Source of the DNA: Chrysomallon squamiferum
Lineage: Eukaryota; Animalia; Mollusca
Reading direction: 5' to 3'
Length of the DNA stretch: 64,000 bases
Assembly (NCBI GenBank): GCA_012295275.1
Contig: CM022679.1
Location: 19,220,001-19,284,000, forward strand
Made by a program: the position numbers and the translations under genes. Positions 51,175-64,000 of this stretch are shown here, in pieces. The first letter of the stretch is position 1. Each line of letters opens with the position of its first letter. Under the pieces are notes generated by a model. That model did not search any database. It saw nothing but the letters and a program-made list of their open reading frames with translations, and was not told the origin of the DNA.

Positions 51175-54100
51175 AACTTGCATAGTGAGTAACTAACTGT
51201 GTTATATAGGTGTATTGTACAAAAATATCAATATCAGAAATAAGCAATTTAACATTTTTCAAAATATTCTAAACAAGGTTTTATATATATATAAATGCTG
51301 TGTATGCATGTTATTTATATTTAGAACAGTATGATTGTAAATCATACTTCTAATTTTCACTATTTCCAATTATCACTGCACTAATAATAAAAAAAATATC
51401 ACTATTCAGTGAATTAGTACACGCACTAAAGATCATTGAGTAATTCGTGTCAAAGGTGTTTCTTTAGTTTATTTTTATTTGGAGGTTTTTTTGTCTTTCT
51501 TTTTTCTTTTCTTTTTTTGTGGAGGGTGTTCTTTTTAATTTACTTTCTTTTGATCTTTCTTTTAATGTTAATTTTTAATTCACTGACATGAAAACAAAAT
51601 ATTTGAATTACTAATAAATAAATATTTCTTATATGTCAATAACGTTAGTATTAATTCTGATTGTTTTCCTTTCTTTTTGGTCTGCTAGATCTCTCAAGTT
51701 GCAAACATTCAGCAGACATCAGTAGAATTTGACGATTACTTCTCATGGAAAAGCAACATTCCTTACACAATTCTGGTGGTTTGTATCTTTAAACAGAAAG
51801 AAAAGAAATAATAATAACCTATACATCTTTTTCTTTTTAAATTATATTTCTTAAGACAATATTCAAAGAATTGTCTATCTAAATCTTTAGTCAGAGTTTT
51901 TGTAACTACCAAAAATGCCATATACCATAGAATATTAACTTGAAAAACAGTTCTCACTCCTTACCTTATGCTGGAGGAATTGGCATGATGAGAATATCAA
52001 TAACTAACTCTTACTGAGCTTAATAAATTTTTCTGCTTATTATTTATTATAATGATGTAAAATTATTAGGAATTATTTTTTGGATTTTGTTTTATTTTAT
52101 TTTTTATATTGTTATTTGGAATGGAATGAGATTAATATTTTCATTTGTGTTATTGTTATTAATATTTAATTTTATTACATTTTTTTAGAATGGCCAACAT
52201 GGTTAACAGTCAGCTTCAGTAAGTTTTATTAATAATAAACATAGATGTAATTAACTAAAATGAGCCTACTTACCTATTTCATAGTTTATCTTATTTTATT
52301 CAGTACTAATAATACTTGAGTCTGCACCTAAGTAGATTTTGTAAACAAGCCGTGTCTGCGTATGCAAATTTTACACAATAGTTTCAAGTGATAAATTATA
52401 AAGGTGTGTGTCAACCAATTTTATTGGTGCATCTATACCTTAAATGGGGTCGGCATCCCGAGGGATTTTAGTCCAGCCCTCCAAGTGAACACTTGGACAC
52501 CAATTATTACATTAACTTCGTTTTTTCTTTAAACATTCAGACCAAAGCAGCCTTGCTTTCTAGGATCCGTTTGAGACTTCTGGACTGTGATTTTCTCCTC
52601 AGTGGTCCAGAAGTCACAAACAACTCGCTGTGTCTTTCAATTGGCTATTTTCAAAAATTAATGTGACATTTAACACGCATACGCATCATGGAAGGGATTC
52701 TCAGATGTAATATTCTCAGTTTTGCACATCATGGGTTACAGGTTCACCTAAACAGTGACTATTCACATATGAATGTCAAAGAATAACATCAACAATGTCG
52801 GCAAAGCTTTGCTGCCAGTGGAGTGAAAGTGTTTAGTTGTATTTTTATTCATCAGTTTTCAAGTGTGTCTGGTTATATTTATGTATTTACTCAGTGAATA
52901 TAACATCTGTCCAGCAGCTGCTCTTGTGGCATACTGAAAATATGAAAACTAAGTAAACAATAAAATAAATAAAAGCCATATATATATGAGAATATGTACA
53001 TGTATATAAATTACGGAAAATATAAATTGAAACTTATAACTGGAAATACATAACAAGTTTGTTCACTTTTCGATGTCTAAACTTTGCAGATTGAAGTATT
53101 AATAACACTGGACATACAGTGCAAATATTTAAAATCACATACATGTACACATACATGACAAAAAAACACAACCACCACCACCCAAAAAAAAAAAAAAAAA
53201 GACAACATACCCTGACTATAACTAAATTAGTAACTTATAAAAAAGTGTATTTGTAAATATTATTTCTGCCAGAAACATGACAATTATCAATAAAAATCAT
53301 TTGTTCAAAATATCAGTATCCAATAAAGTCGGTAATGAAAGACAGTTTGCATAGTTTCTTAAATCATCTTTTATTACAGTGTCTATAATTCCCCACAAAC
53401 TCGTTAACATTTCATGAGGATGTTCTTGGTTTGAAATGTGTAGAGGTGAACAAATAATCTTAATAACTTAATCTACTTTATCATGAACATACACACAGAG
53501 AGAGAACACACAACTTTAACAGTAAACTGTTCACTATTAGTAGTGTTGCTGATAATATTAAATTAAGTTGTCTTAAAATTACTGTCATTCTTATAAATTC
53601 ATTATTGATACAGTATAGTAAAACTTAAAATTGTAAATTATTTAAATATAAATAAAATGTTTATGATTCGTTATATTGCTTCAGTTCTGTATCATTTTAC
53701 TAAGATGCAGAAAATTAGTATCATAATTAAACTTACATTATATCTTTTGGTGTCTTTTTAAGTAGAATCCAAATTAATTTGAAAAAAACAAAATGTAATC
53801 CACAAAACACATCAAGTTACAGTCAAGTTAGGGTTCCTTCTCAATGTGTTACAGCACTGAAAGAAATGATCTAAACAAGTGTGAAAAGTTGGGTGAATTG
53901 TACAGTTCCAATGAAAACATTTTCTGCAGATATGCCCCTGAACCATATACATAAAAACTCAATTTTTAAACAAGATAATCATTACCACTAAAAAGAGAAG
54001 ATACAAAATGATGGACATATACACATATATATGCATTCTACTTTATGCAATTTAGCAAATACAAGGAAGTTCAAAAGTCGATTTTGAAAATAGATGGCAT

Positions 54101-55917
54101 TATTGTAACAGATTCTTCACATTAATTTTATATTATAAGATTGTTTTATGTGTAAAATATTCAAACAAAAAATAAAACATTTTTGAGGATTTCTTTCAAT
54201 CAGCTTATAAAGAGTACCTTTAGGAAAATATTAAATTTATAAACTTAGAAAAAGCAAAACACACAAACACAATTATATTAACATTCTGTTACAGATTAAT
54301 AATTATATTTTTTTATTATACTGATATTTTATGATTTACAAATATTTATGTTTATAGATTCACCATCTGTTTTACACTCCTCTGTCAGTTGTTTAAACTT
54401 TCTCTCTCTGGTGCTTAACGTACACAAAGAACATTATTCAATGTTGTTTTTATTTGAAAGAAAACTAAAAATGTCTAAAATAGAAAAAAAAAAAGAAATT
54501 AAGAAATACAAAAATTGGAGAATGTAAGTTAACTAATAATAAATAAAATAGTCATACAACAAAATAATCACCAGTATTATTTAAGTCTTGATGAATGAAT
54601 AAATGTTTAATGAGACCAGAGTACCAAAAATAAAATACAGATCAGCTACTGGATGTCAAAAAATATGTTCTAAATTGAATAATAATAATAATAATAATAA
54701 TCATAATAAATAAATAAATAAATAAATAAATAAACATTAAAGTAAAGTAACATTTAATGAATAAACTATTGGCATACTAAAATTAGAAGATAAAATATCA
54801 GGCACTAAATACTGGTCACAAGTATTTTAAAGTAAGACAAAAATGATATATAACATATATATATGAAAATTTGCTGAAGTTTAACATTTCAAATTAGACA
54901 AAGCAATGTTTACTAAAAAAAAGTCTTGACAGTTCACATTAAGTAAGCATTCTGACTTCAGTCATATAACAATCAAAATATTATTGTCTAAAGTAATTGT
55001 AAAGTAAAATACATTGTCACTTTCTGTTTCAGATGTTGTGTTCAATATAGAAGACTGATTACATCTGGTAAATTCCTAAAATGGAATACTTAATGCATCA
55101 CTTGGAATCAAGGATGACACCTGACTAGATTTTAATGTTTAAAAAAGTCACTGTTCAAAAGAACAACAACTTGCAAAACACTGTTTTAGAAAACTGGAAA
55201 ACATTTCAAATCATCCAGTGAAATCTATACAATGAATTATTTCCATTTCAATCTTTATAACATTCTTTTAAACATTTATATGACATTCATGTAAACAATT
55301 CATTACAGTGATTAATAACTGATGTGAATTTAATTTCATTCAATGAACCGTACAATGGATGTGTACAATTATGAAACAGACCCTAGGTTACAAAACAATT
55401 TTTTCACATAAAATGGAGCGATACCTAACAAAAATGATGTGGAAACATAATAACATATTTCACATTTTATTATTCCTTATCTGAATGCAGTATAAGCAAA
55501 ACATCCAAATAATTTTATTTGACAAAGCAGGATTTAACGTAAATGTGAGACAACATCTTTTCATGTGCACAGTGTGGTGAAAGGTATATATAATCATTTT
55601 CTGATTATTGATTTCATGATGTGTTTTATGTGACAAATAGTCCACCTGATTATTATTGGCCAGAGTTCATATATTGTTTTCTACACACCACCATGCAATT
55701 CTAACAATGTAACACAGTAACAATTTGCTAAAAATCAAAACACTCACTGTCTGCCCGAGTATTTGAAAAATCAGCACTTTGTACAAAAGTTGTGATTTTA
55801 ATTACACAATTATTCTACTTCTAAAATACAGTTGTAAGTGTAAATGTCAGTGTCAAATGACCATTCTTACAACTTCTAAAAGTAGTTGTCACACTTTTAT
55901 TATTTTAAAGCACTTAC

Positions 55918-57112
55918 CTGTTCTAGTGAGGACTGACTGAAACTGTATTCCTCTACATTGTGTGAATGCTTCACTGAAACATAAAACCATTTGTAAATTG
56001 CTGTAATATGATATTAAAAAGATAATCTTTTCATGTTGTACATTGTTTGTTTGTTTCTTAAATACAGTGGGGCACTCTGTAATGAATCTAAATGGTTCCA
56101 GAGCCTCATTCATTATATGGTTCGTTCATTAAAGGGTCTATTGAAATACATTATAAGGGGTAATCTGTTCTTGGCCCCCAAACAAACAAATGACAAATAA
56201 AAATGACAAATATAGTATAAAATAGTAAAATAAGTTTATAAATGTAATTTAACTTCTGAAATGAAGAATGTCATTAATGCTTTATCTTACCTTACTGTTG
56301 CTGCATTTGCAGGAGATGAGGCAGAAGAGGAGGGAGGAGATAATTACTGAGATTCATAAGTAAAACCGTTCATTATAAGGTATTTATAGTGTATTCTGTT
56401 CATTAATGGGTGCCCTCTGCATTAATTATCTGCAACAGCATTTATTTACATCTAAATTGTGATAATTATCATCATTAACATATTTGTAAGTACTGTGAAG
56501 TCTTGGAAAATGAAAATTTAAATATAACAAAAACATATTTGAACTACTAGAACAGTAATACTGCTAGAATAAATATTAACTCACTGCTTTCCAGTGCAGA
56601 AAATGACTCAGACAGCATCTTGTCAGTCTTTGCTATTCTGTACCGGCCTCGCTCTGCAAAACGTTCCAAACAGTCTATGTCATGGAACAAAGTCTTAAGA
56701 TGAGATTCTAATTTGTCCATTTGGTTTTCAATGTGTCTTCCATCAATCTGCAGTTTGATTTCAAGTATGTATCCACTGCCAAACTTATCCTTCAAATGCC
56801 AAGTAGGTCCAATACATCTAAATTCAAGTTTAACACTGAATCATTCATTTCCATTATAGGCAACAGTAAAAACAAAATTCAGAAGAAAAAATCCATATAG
56901 CAAAGGTATGCATAAAATATATCAAACATAAATATCTCTTTCAGTATATGTAGATGTATATCTATATTTTACAATATTTCTGGAGAAAATAAGATAAAAT
57001 ATGAAATAGGTAAGTAAGTTCATTTCAGTAAATTGCATCTATGTTTATTAATAATAAAACTTACTGAAGTTGACCGTTAACCATGATGGCCACTCTAGAA
57101 CACAAAGCATCT
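55918..57112 (-). pseudogene. Inverted ABCA5-like paralog fragment: 3' part of exon 28, exon 29 and exon 30 homologs
   Basis: 57112-57065 ([16 protein letters not shown]|gtaagt), 56817-56585 ([21 protein letters not shown]...[10 protein letters not shown]), 55973-55918 ([19 protein letters not shown]|gtaagt). Everything 5' is replaced by the PKS copy; I could not find a terminal exon. Confidence 0.9.
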
Positions 57113-60100
57113 TGCACTTGGCCTTTTAACTAATCTTATGTTGCTCTGGCAATATAATGTGCATATTCTTCAGTTAAAACATGATTACTGGAGCCCACTA
57201 AACATTCTCCGTCATAATGGTAAGATAGCAATATGCATTCTTTGTTCAGAAGCAACCCGAAATCGAAATATCACAAAAGCTCTTTTACTAATGCTTGAGA
57301 CAGAAGCAAAAAATATTATAACTGAAATAGTTGATATTGACAGCACAATTTCTGTCCAGACACCGTTTGAAAAAATCATTATTTCAACCATTGAACTGAA
57401 CAAATGAGTCATTGAAGAAACATGTAAATTATGGCCATTTGCTAAATGCCTGGTTTATTTAGATCAGTTATGTCCAAGATATGCTGAGATAGAACTTCGT
57501 ACCCAGAATCCAGAATTGCAGATCAACATTATTAGAACTGGCGATATCTTAACTCATAGGTCAACTGTGGAGAACATGCCTAAGCTAAAAACATGGATTA
57601 TAAAAAAACAGGATGTTGTCCAGAAAATATCGGAGATATTTCAAAAAATGACTTATCAATCAAGGAAATCCTGTTTTGGGCAAATGATGGAAAGCTCAGT
57701 TCTGCAGTTACATAATGACAATAGACATGTAGAAGTGCGTGCTTCAGAAGAGTCACTACTTCGTTCAGATGGAATCTACATTGTAGTGGGAGGTCTAACA
57801 GGTCTTGGCTGGGAATCTGTCCGATTTCTTGCACAAAGAGGTGCTGGCGCAGTCGTCACAATAAATCGCCGAAGTGTGCAGAATGATAAAATGCATCAAA
57901 TAGAAATCATAGAAATATGTTACAGATGTACTATTTTAACTCTTCAAGCTGATGTCACAGATATCTCATTACTGCAGAAAGCTTTGGAAATGGCTGAAAA
58001 TAAATTTCCCGCAAAACTGCTAAAATGAATCATCGTTGGTGCAGCTGTACTTGATGATAAAATGTTCATCAATATGTCACAAGAAACATTTTTGAAGGTT
58101 GCTTCTCCCAAAATACGAGGTACTTGGAATATACATATTCTTACACAAAACAAACCTCTAGTCTTTTTTATCATGCATTCCTTCATAACAGCAGTTTTCA
58201 GAAATCCAGGTCAATCCAGTTATGGAGCTGCCAATGTTTTCCAGGATTCATTAGCACAGAAACGTAGACTGTCTGGACTTGCTGGTCAGAGTATTAACTG
58301 GGGACCTCTTAACCTCGGTTTGCTGCAAGATAAACCTTCTGTTTTGGAAGCCTCGAGAAACCAAAGATACATTCCATTCAGTATTGATGAGATACACAAA
58401 TGTCTTCTGGCTGCACTCATGCTGGATAAACCTGCTGTTGTGGCTGCCAAATTCAACTCTATTCAGTTGTCCAATAGCATAATGATGGAAAACAACAAAG
58501 CTCTGGAATTCAAATTAAGACCCATCATTGAAATACCAACATCAGAAAACATTCCATTTAAAAGCAAACTAACTTTTGAAATAGAAAGACTGAAAGCATC
58601 TGATTAGAAACAAGACATCATTTAATTCAAGAGTACGTCATTGAATTACTGTCAGATGTATTAAGCTGTGATCAAAGCCTTCTTGAACTTGATAAAGGAG
58701 TAGAAATCCTGGGACTCGACTCAATGCAAGCAATGACCTTCAGTAATCAAATAGATCAAACATTTCAAATACGGATCACACCAAATGGTCTGTTGCAACA
58801 AAATCTCTCAATTAATGAAATTACAGACCTGATCAACACCAAACTGTTGATGACAAATAAAACAGAAACAGCAAACATTACCTTGCCAGTCACAGAAGAA
58901 GCACTTTCATATATGGAATATACTTTCTACAAGATATACTGCAGAAATCCTGCTGATCCAAGTTTGTATTATGTCAATGAGATGTTACTGCCAGTATTAG
59001 CAGCTGAGCCAAAACTCTGGGTAAAAATAGCCAGTCAACTTATTTCACGACATGAAGTTCTGAGAACAACATTTGTGAAAGTACCAGACACTGAAAATAT
59101 CAGATGGAATGTCAAACGAAAGATTTTTCATGAAGGAATGAAACCTGACTTTAGAACACTGAATGCAGGTGATTCTGATGGGATAGAAAGTAACACACAA
59201 GAAGCCTTTCATTTAGATACTCAAGGTCCAGTTCGCTTCATTTTCATTCAAGGAGAAAAATGTCACCTCAGAACTGTTTACAACAGTATTTATTTTGACA
59301 TGCAAGCAGTTGCTTCTATTTTTAAAGATATGGTGGATATCTTTCTTTTCAACAAACATAATACAGCATTGTCTGATTTGAAAACGGTAGGAGGAAGTTT
59401 GATAGTGGTTGAAATGGAAAAAGTGCTGCAAGAAAGGGGTTTTCAACTGAAGGAATTTTGGAAGCACTTCCTTGAAGAAGATATACCACCAATTATTTTG
59501 GGTAAAACAAGTCACTCTTCTGAAAGAAAATGTGACATATACAAATGTCAAAAAGAAAATGTACATCCTGAACTATGTGATGCACTGCATAACTTATCAA
59601 AGACTAAAGGTTTAACCATGTATAAATTAAATACCAGCATCTATCAACTGCTTCTACATCTGATCACTAGAGGCCACAGTGGCAATTTCAACAACAGTAG
59701 ATATCAAACAACACATCCCAAATGCTGTTGATGCTGTTGGCCTTGGAGCAAACTTCATTCCACTGGTGGCCAAATTTCCATCAGATAATGTCAGTATTGA
59801 AGAATTTCTGAAGAACAAAACAGCTCTTCAGAAGTCAATAGATCATTCTGTGTGTCCCACAGATATCATTGGTGAGCTGGTTGGTCCTGAAAAACTCAAA
59901 AACATTGTCAGAAACAAGATTGTAACTGTTGAAGATGAATTTGTAGCACCTTTGTTACAAAAAGCAGATGTGGCTGGATATGCTTTTGAAGTAACGCAGT
60001 CAGGAGATCTGGGAACCCACACAGAAACCCAATTTAGTCTTTGGAACAGAGCAAAATCAAAGCAAATGATTCTTGAACTGATATATAATTCAAATAACAT

Positions 60101-60230
60101 GTCCAGTGATTATGCACAGAACATGATAAGATCAATGTTGGAAATAGCTGATAAAATCACCGCTGATAGTTGCACAACAATTGCAGATCTAAAGGAAATA
60201 GAACATGTTTCATATATTTCAGTGAAAAAG
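57113..60230 (+). pseudogene. 5'-truncated, disabled duplicate of the PKS (part of pseudoER, KR, ACP, C-like domain)
   Basis: Aligns to 8879-12008. Lesions: CGA>TGA at 57405, GGA>TGA at 58026, 1-nt deletion at about 58605, 2-nt deletion at about 59668, loss of the native stop. KS, AT and DH are absent. Confidence 0.95.
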
Positions 60231-63140
60231 ATGCCAAAGCAAGTTACTCTGATTTTGTTAAGAATAAAGATCGCAAACAGAAAGGATATCTGTTATACAC
60301 ACATGAACAAATTGCTTTGTCTTGCTCACTGACATGAAAATTAGAACATTTATTAAGAAACTTTGTATTAAAAAGAAAGTTTATTACTAAAATATATTTT
60401 TAGACTTAACAAAAAAACAACTTTGTTTTGTATTTTGTTAAAGCAAATTATAACCAGAATTTGTATCAGAAATTTTTTAATTTCAGCTTTTTTAAACTGT
60501 TATATGCAAATATTTTTAGTTTTTTATCTGGATATATGGTTCACTGATAATCTGCACATTGGTCTTTTTTAATACTATTTGTCACACATTCATACTTGCT
60601 AGTACTGACCTTTATTATTGTTTATAGGCTCCAATTGTTTATTACTTTAACATACACATTTCTTTTTAATTAAAATTTTAAAAAAAGAGAGATTACCCCC
60701 CAAAAAAAGTTATATATATAGGAAATAATTCTATTTTATAAGAAGGAAAGTATATATTTTGGTTATACACATAAAACAGATTCTGGAGTTTTAAGTTAGT
60801 TCATTTTTCAACTCATTTTATCTTTTTTTTTTTTTTTTTTTTTTTCACTGTTATTGCACCGAATGCAGAGTATCCTGTCTTTAATAATAATAATAATTTA
60901 TACAAAACTTTACAGGGTTTTTTTTCTAGTTATTTCAAATATTCCTCAATTACTGGGGATTGTCTATGTATTGTTTTTTATTTTTTATTTCTTTTGTTGT
61001 TTTTTGGATGGGTTTCATTTTTAACTATATTATTTTTATGTATATTTAACAGCATTCAAGTTTAATATATGACACTGCAGCAGAGATACCATAGTTATAT
61101 CTTATTGCTGTCTTATTTACTTTTATGTTTCTTTTTTCAATCTTTTTTATATATACACATAACCACACACACATTAAATGGACACTACTGTATATGAATG
61201 CTGTTTTAATACTGTTAACATATATGTTTATAGTTAGAAGCGTTCAATCTTATTAGTTAAAAATCTGTTTTAATTTTATTCAAGTATATTCAGTTTTTGC
61301 AAATGATGACTTTATTAACCATTTTATTTTTAGGTTGTTTTGGAGATTTCATCTTTTTTTTTTCTTTTTTTTTGGCCTTAGTTTTCATTTTGTATTTGTA
61401 TTTTCACATAACACCAAAATAAGAAAAACAAATATGATATACAAATAAAAAAGAAAAGAAATTCCATAGTTTTAATACCTAAATTGCTAGACTATATTGT
61501 TTTTAGGTTTTCATTAGTAAATACTAGAAGTAAACAACAATACAGCTGCATCATGTCACAAGTGCATATTCATATAATGTGGTGGGTAATACTAATATAT
61601 ACAACATATTGTTTATACATCTTGTGCTTCATCTATTATTCATATTTATAATTACATGAGGTAAGACTTAAGTAAATGTTTGCCATTATTATATTTTGTG
61701 GAGGTCATGCTTTTTCTCATTTTAAAAAAATGAACAAATAGTTATGTAATGAACTTTTTATAATTTGTTTCCAGTGTTCATTAATTTCAGAGTTGCACAA
61801 CATACTATTTTACTGTACATGGAAACCATCTTTATGAACTTTATTAGTGAAAGGTTTAATCATGTTTTATAAATACAATAAAGTGTGGCTATCAAAATTA
61901 ATTATATGTTAAAAGTATCTGGTACTGCCAAATTTGAAGAAAATTAAATTAGAAACACAGTCAACAAACACTATTATGTTTAATAAATAACCATCCTACT
62001 GATGGAACATAGTTTCATAACAAATTTTCTACATTTTCTAAAAAACAGATTAACTCTAGTCTTGGTTTTGCTGTCAGTAAAGATGGTTTTAGTGTAAACT
62101 GACATATTTATTCTTGCTTGAGTGTAATCATAATGAACTTTTTAAAACAATTGATTATAGTTTAACATAATGGTGTGAAATAGTAAATAAATTAAATTTG
62201 AAATTATGTTTATTATTGTTTTTCTTTTTGTTCTTTTTTTCTTAAATTAATAATAATTAAAAAATATAATAAATAAATAAATATTAAATAATAATAATAA
62301 AATGGTTTGATATGGTTTATACCAAAAGAAATATTTTAAAACAGTTTGCTTAACCTAATATTTTATTAAATGGTGGTAAACTAGTAAAATTTGTACTGTT
62401 TATAATTTTTCACATAATTTAAATATTTTATTTATAGAGATGTTTAATTTCACGTAATAAAATAATACTAATAATAATTAAAAATTCCAACTCAAATTCA
62501 CATATCAATTTTAAAATACAGTATGAAAATCATACTTAACTTATTAGTCTCTTTAAGTTATTTTCTTTCTTCTCAAAAATAAATAAATATATAAATAAAA
62601 AAATAAACCACATCATCAGAATAATAAAAGTTTAATGTGGATGAAATAAAAATGTTTTAAAATTTTAAAAAATTCAAAAGTAAATAAATAAATAAAATAA
62701 AATAAATAATAAAAAGAATATTCCAAATTAGAAATTTTTATACCTTATTATAGATAATTTTCTTTCACTGGGAATGAACAATTAAGTCTAAACCAAAAAG
62801 GTTGAAATATAACAATAATAATAATAAAGAGTTTAAAATCTGTAAAATTCATAAAAATGAGATCAAAAATTGAAACAAGCAAAGATACACGTTTTGAACT
62901 ATTTTATGTAAACAAAATTTAAAACTTATTTATATATGCACAAAATAATAATAATAATATGTTGACATGAAAATCAGTTTTTTATATTGATGATTAATTG
63001 AATTATTTTTATTTTTTATATTAGCCAGAATGCACTACTTGTTTATAAAGAGATTCAAAAAAAAAAAAGCATGAAATATTGTTTCATTTATATATTATCA
63101 TGACCACATATATATATATATATATATATGTATGTGTACA
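60231..63140 (+). repeat. Duplicated PKS 3' flank (copy of about 12009-15670, missing about 13170-14210)
   Basis: Collinear shared blocks, e.g. cagtgttcattaatttcagagttgcaca (14513/61772), tgtacatggaaaccatctttatga (14556/61814), ttagccagaatgca (15567/63021). Visibly more diverged than the coding copy. Confidence 0.9.
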
Positions 63141-63739
63141 TTTGTGAGAGAGACATAGTACTGTAAATATTAATCAAATTAATAAAACTACTTCACTGGT
63201 TTCATGCCTGCAACTATTTAGTAAAATAGAACCTAATATCATCATCAACATGGTGTGAGCATATCACTAAAGTTTTATTCAGCTAAGGATTGTTACTTGC
63301 TACTGGAATTCAAAAAAAAAATGTATTCAAAAGATGTCTTGCCATCTTCCTGCCAATTCTTTATTCTTCTTTTACATATTATTTTCTTTCCCCTTTTTCT
63401 GATTTCTTCTTCCTTTGATAAAGCTGTTGGTACAAACGTGAATAATGCTAGTTTACTGTTCATTGGCTTATGTAATTCACTCCTCACTCATTAACCATAA
63501 TCAACTTTATGTTGTTGTTGTTTTTTTACACTTTGTCTATTTATTTAATTATTTATTTAACATTTTGGAAAATAATTAAAATTAAAATTTAATTTGGTAG
63601 ATTGTGGACCTTTTACCGTTGAGCTGCCTTCTATACTTGATCATTGGCTTCGTTTATACTGTCGTATAGCCAGCCATATAACATCAATACAATTAATTTT
63701 TTAAAAAGAAAGAAAAATAACGAGTGAAGAGAAAAAAAG

Positions 63740-63995
63740 AATCTACCTGGCTTTTGTTTTTAAGGAAGTCATGTTATTATTAATGTTGTTTTGCTATTTT
63801 AAGTACAAACTGAAAAAGACTCAAAGAAACGCACGCACGCACGCACACACACACATACACATTTCTAATGAAAATGAAAAGAAACAAACACGATAACTAG
63901 TGAGGATATAATTATATAAACGTATGTACCGACTTAAATGGAACGAAAGAACAATGGCTACCGGAAATAGTGATAAAATGAATTCGTATGTATAA
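63740..63995 (+). repeat. Direct copy of the non-coding block at about 44580-44795
   Basis: Shared aatct.cctggcttttgtt...catgttattatta and gtgaggatataattatataaacgtatgtac.gacttaaatggaacgaaagaa...aaaatgaattcgta. Confidence 0.85.
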
Positions 63996-64000
63996 GTGAT

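Larger units (their letters stand above)
46319..52218 (+). pseudogene. Fragmented ABCA5-like paralog (+ strand): only homologs of exons 3, 14, 15, 16 (truncated), 22 and part of 28 remain
   Basis: 46319-46434 ([38 protein letters not shown]), 48418-48557, 48897-48998 ([14 protein letters not shown]), 49532-about 49772 (in-frame TGA at 49651, cut by Gypsy sequence), 51689-51778 (ISQVANIQQTSVEFDDYFSWKSNIPYTILV), about 52187-52218 (RMANMVNSQLQ|gtaagt). Same splice phases as the intact gene. Confidence 0.88.

Noticed and set aside
58724-60332. Stand-alone condensation-domain gene (335-aa and 217-aa ORFs)
   Set aside because: These are frameshift-separated pieces of the disabled PKS duplicate.

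Overview
AT-rich, microsatellite-rich, intron-containing animal DNA. It is most likely an invertebrate such as a gastropod mollusc, but that is inferred only from repeat and gene style. Contents in order: (1) a 6-coding-exon iterative type I polyketide synthase (2453-12008, about 2527 aa) with architecture KS-AT-DH-pseudoER-KR-ACP and a C-terminal NRPS-type condensation-like domain lacking the HHxxxDG histidines; (2) directly downstream on the same strand, an intact 31-coding-exon ABCA5-like lipid exporter (20443-42470, about 1653 aa by my exon sum); (3) scattered exons of a diverged ABCA paralog on both strands (46.3-57.1 kb), interleaved with MULE and Gypsy remnants; (4) a pseudogenised copy of the 3' half of the PKS plus its 3' flank (57113-63140), fused base-to-base to an inverted ABCA exon. 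Mariner, Ngaro/DIRS-like, SINE and DNA-transposon remnants are also present. The best candidate for an undescribed system is a repeatedly co-duplicated animal PKS(+C domain)/ABCA exporter pair, i.e. a candidate metazoan biosynthetic gene cluster for a secreted polyene or lipid-like polyketide. Exon boundaries were read by hand and no searches were run.
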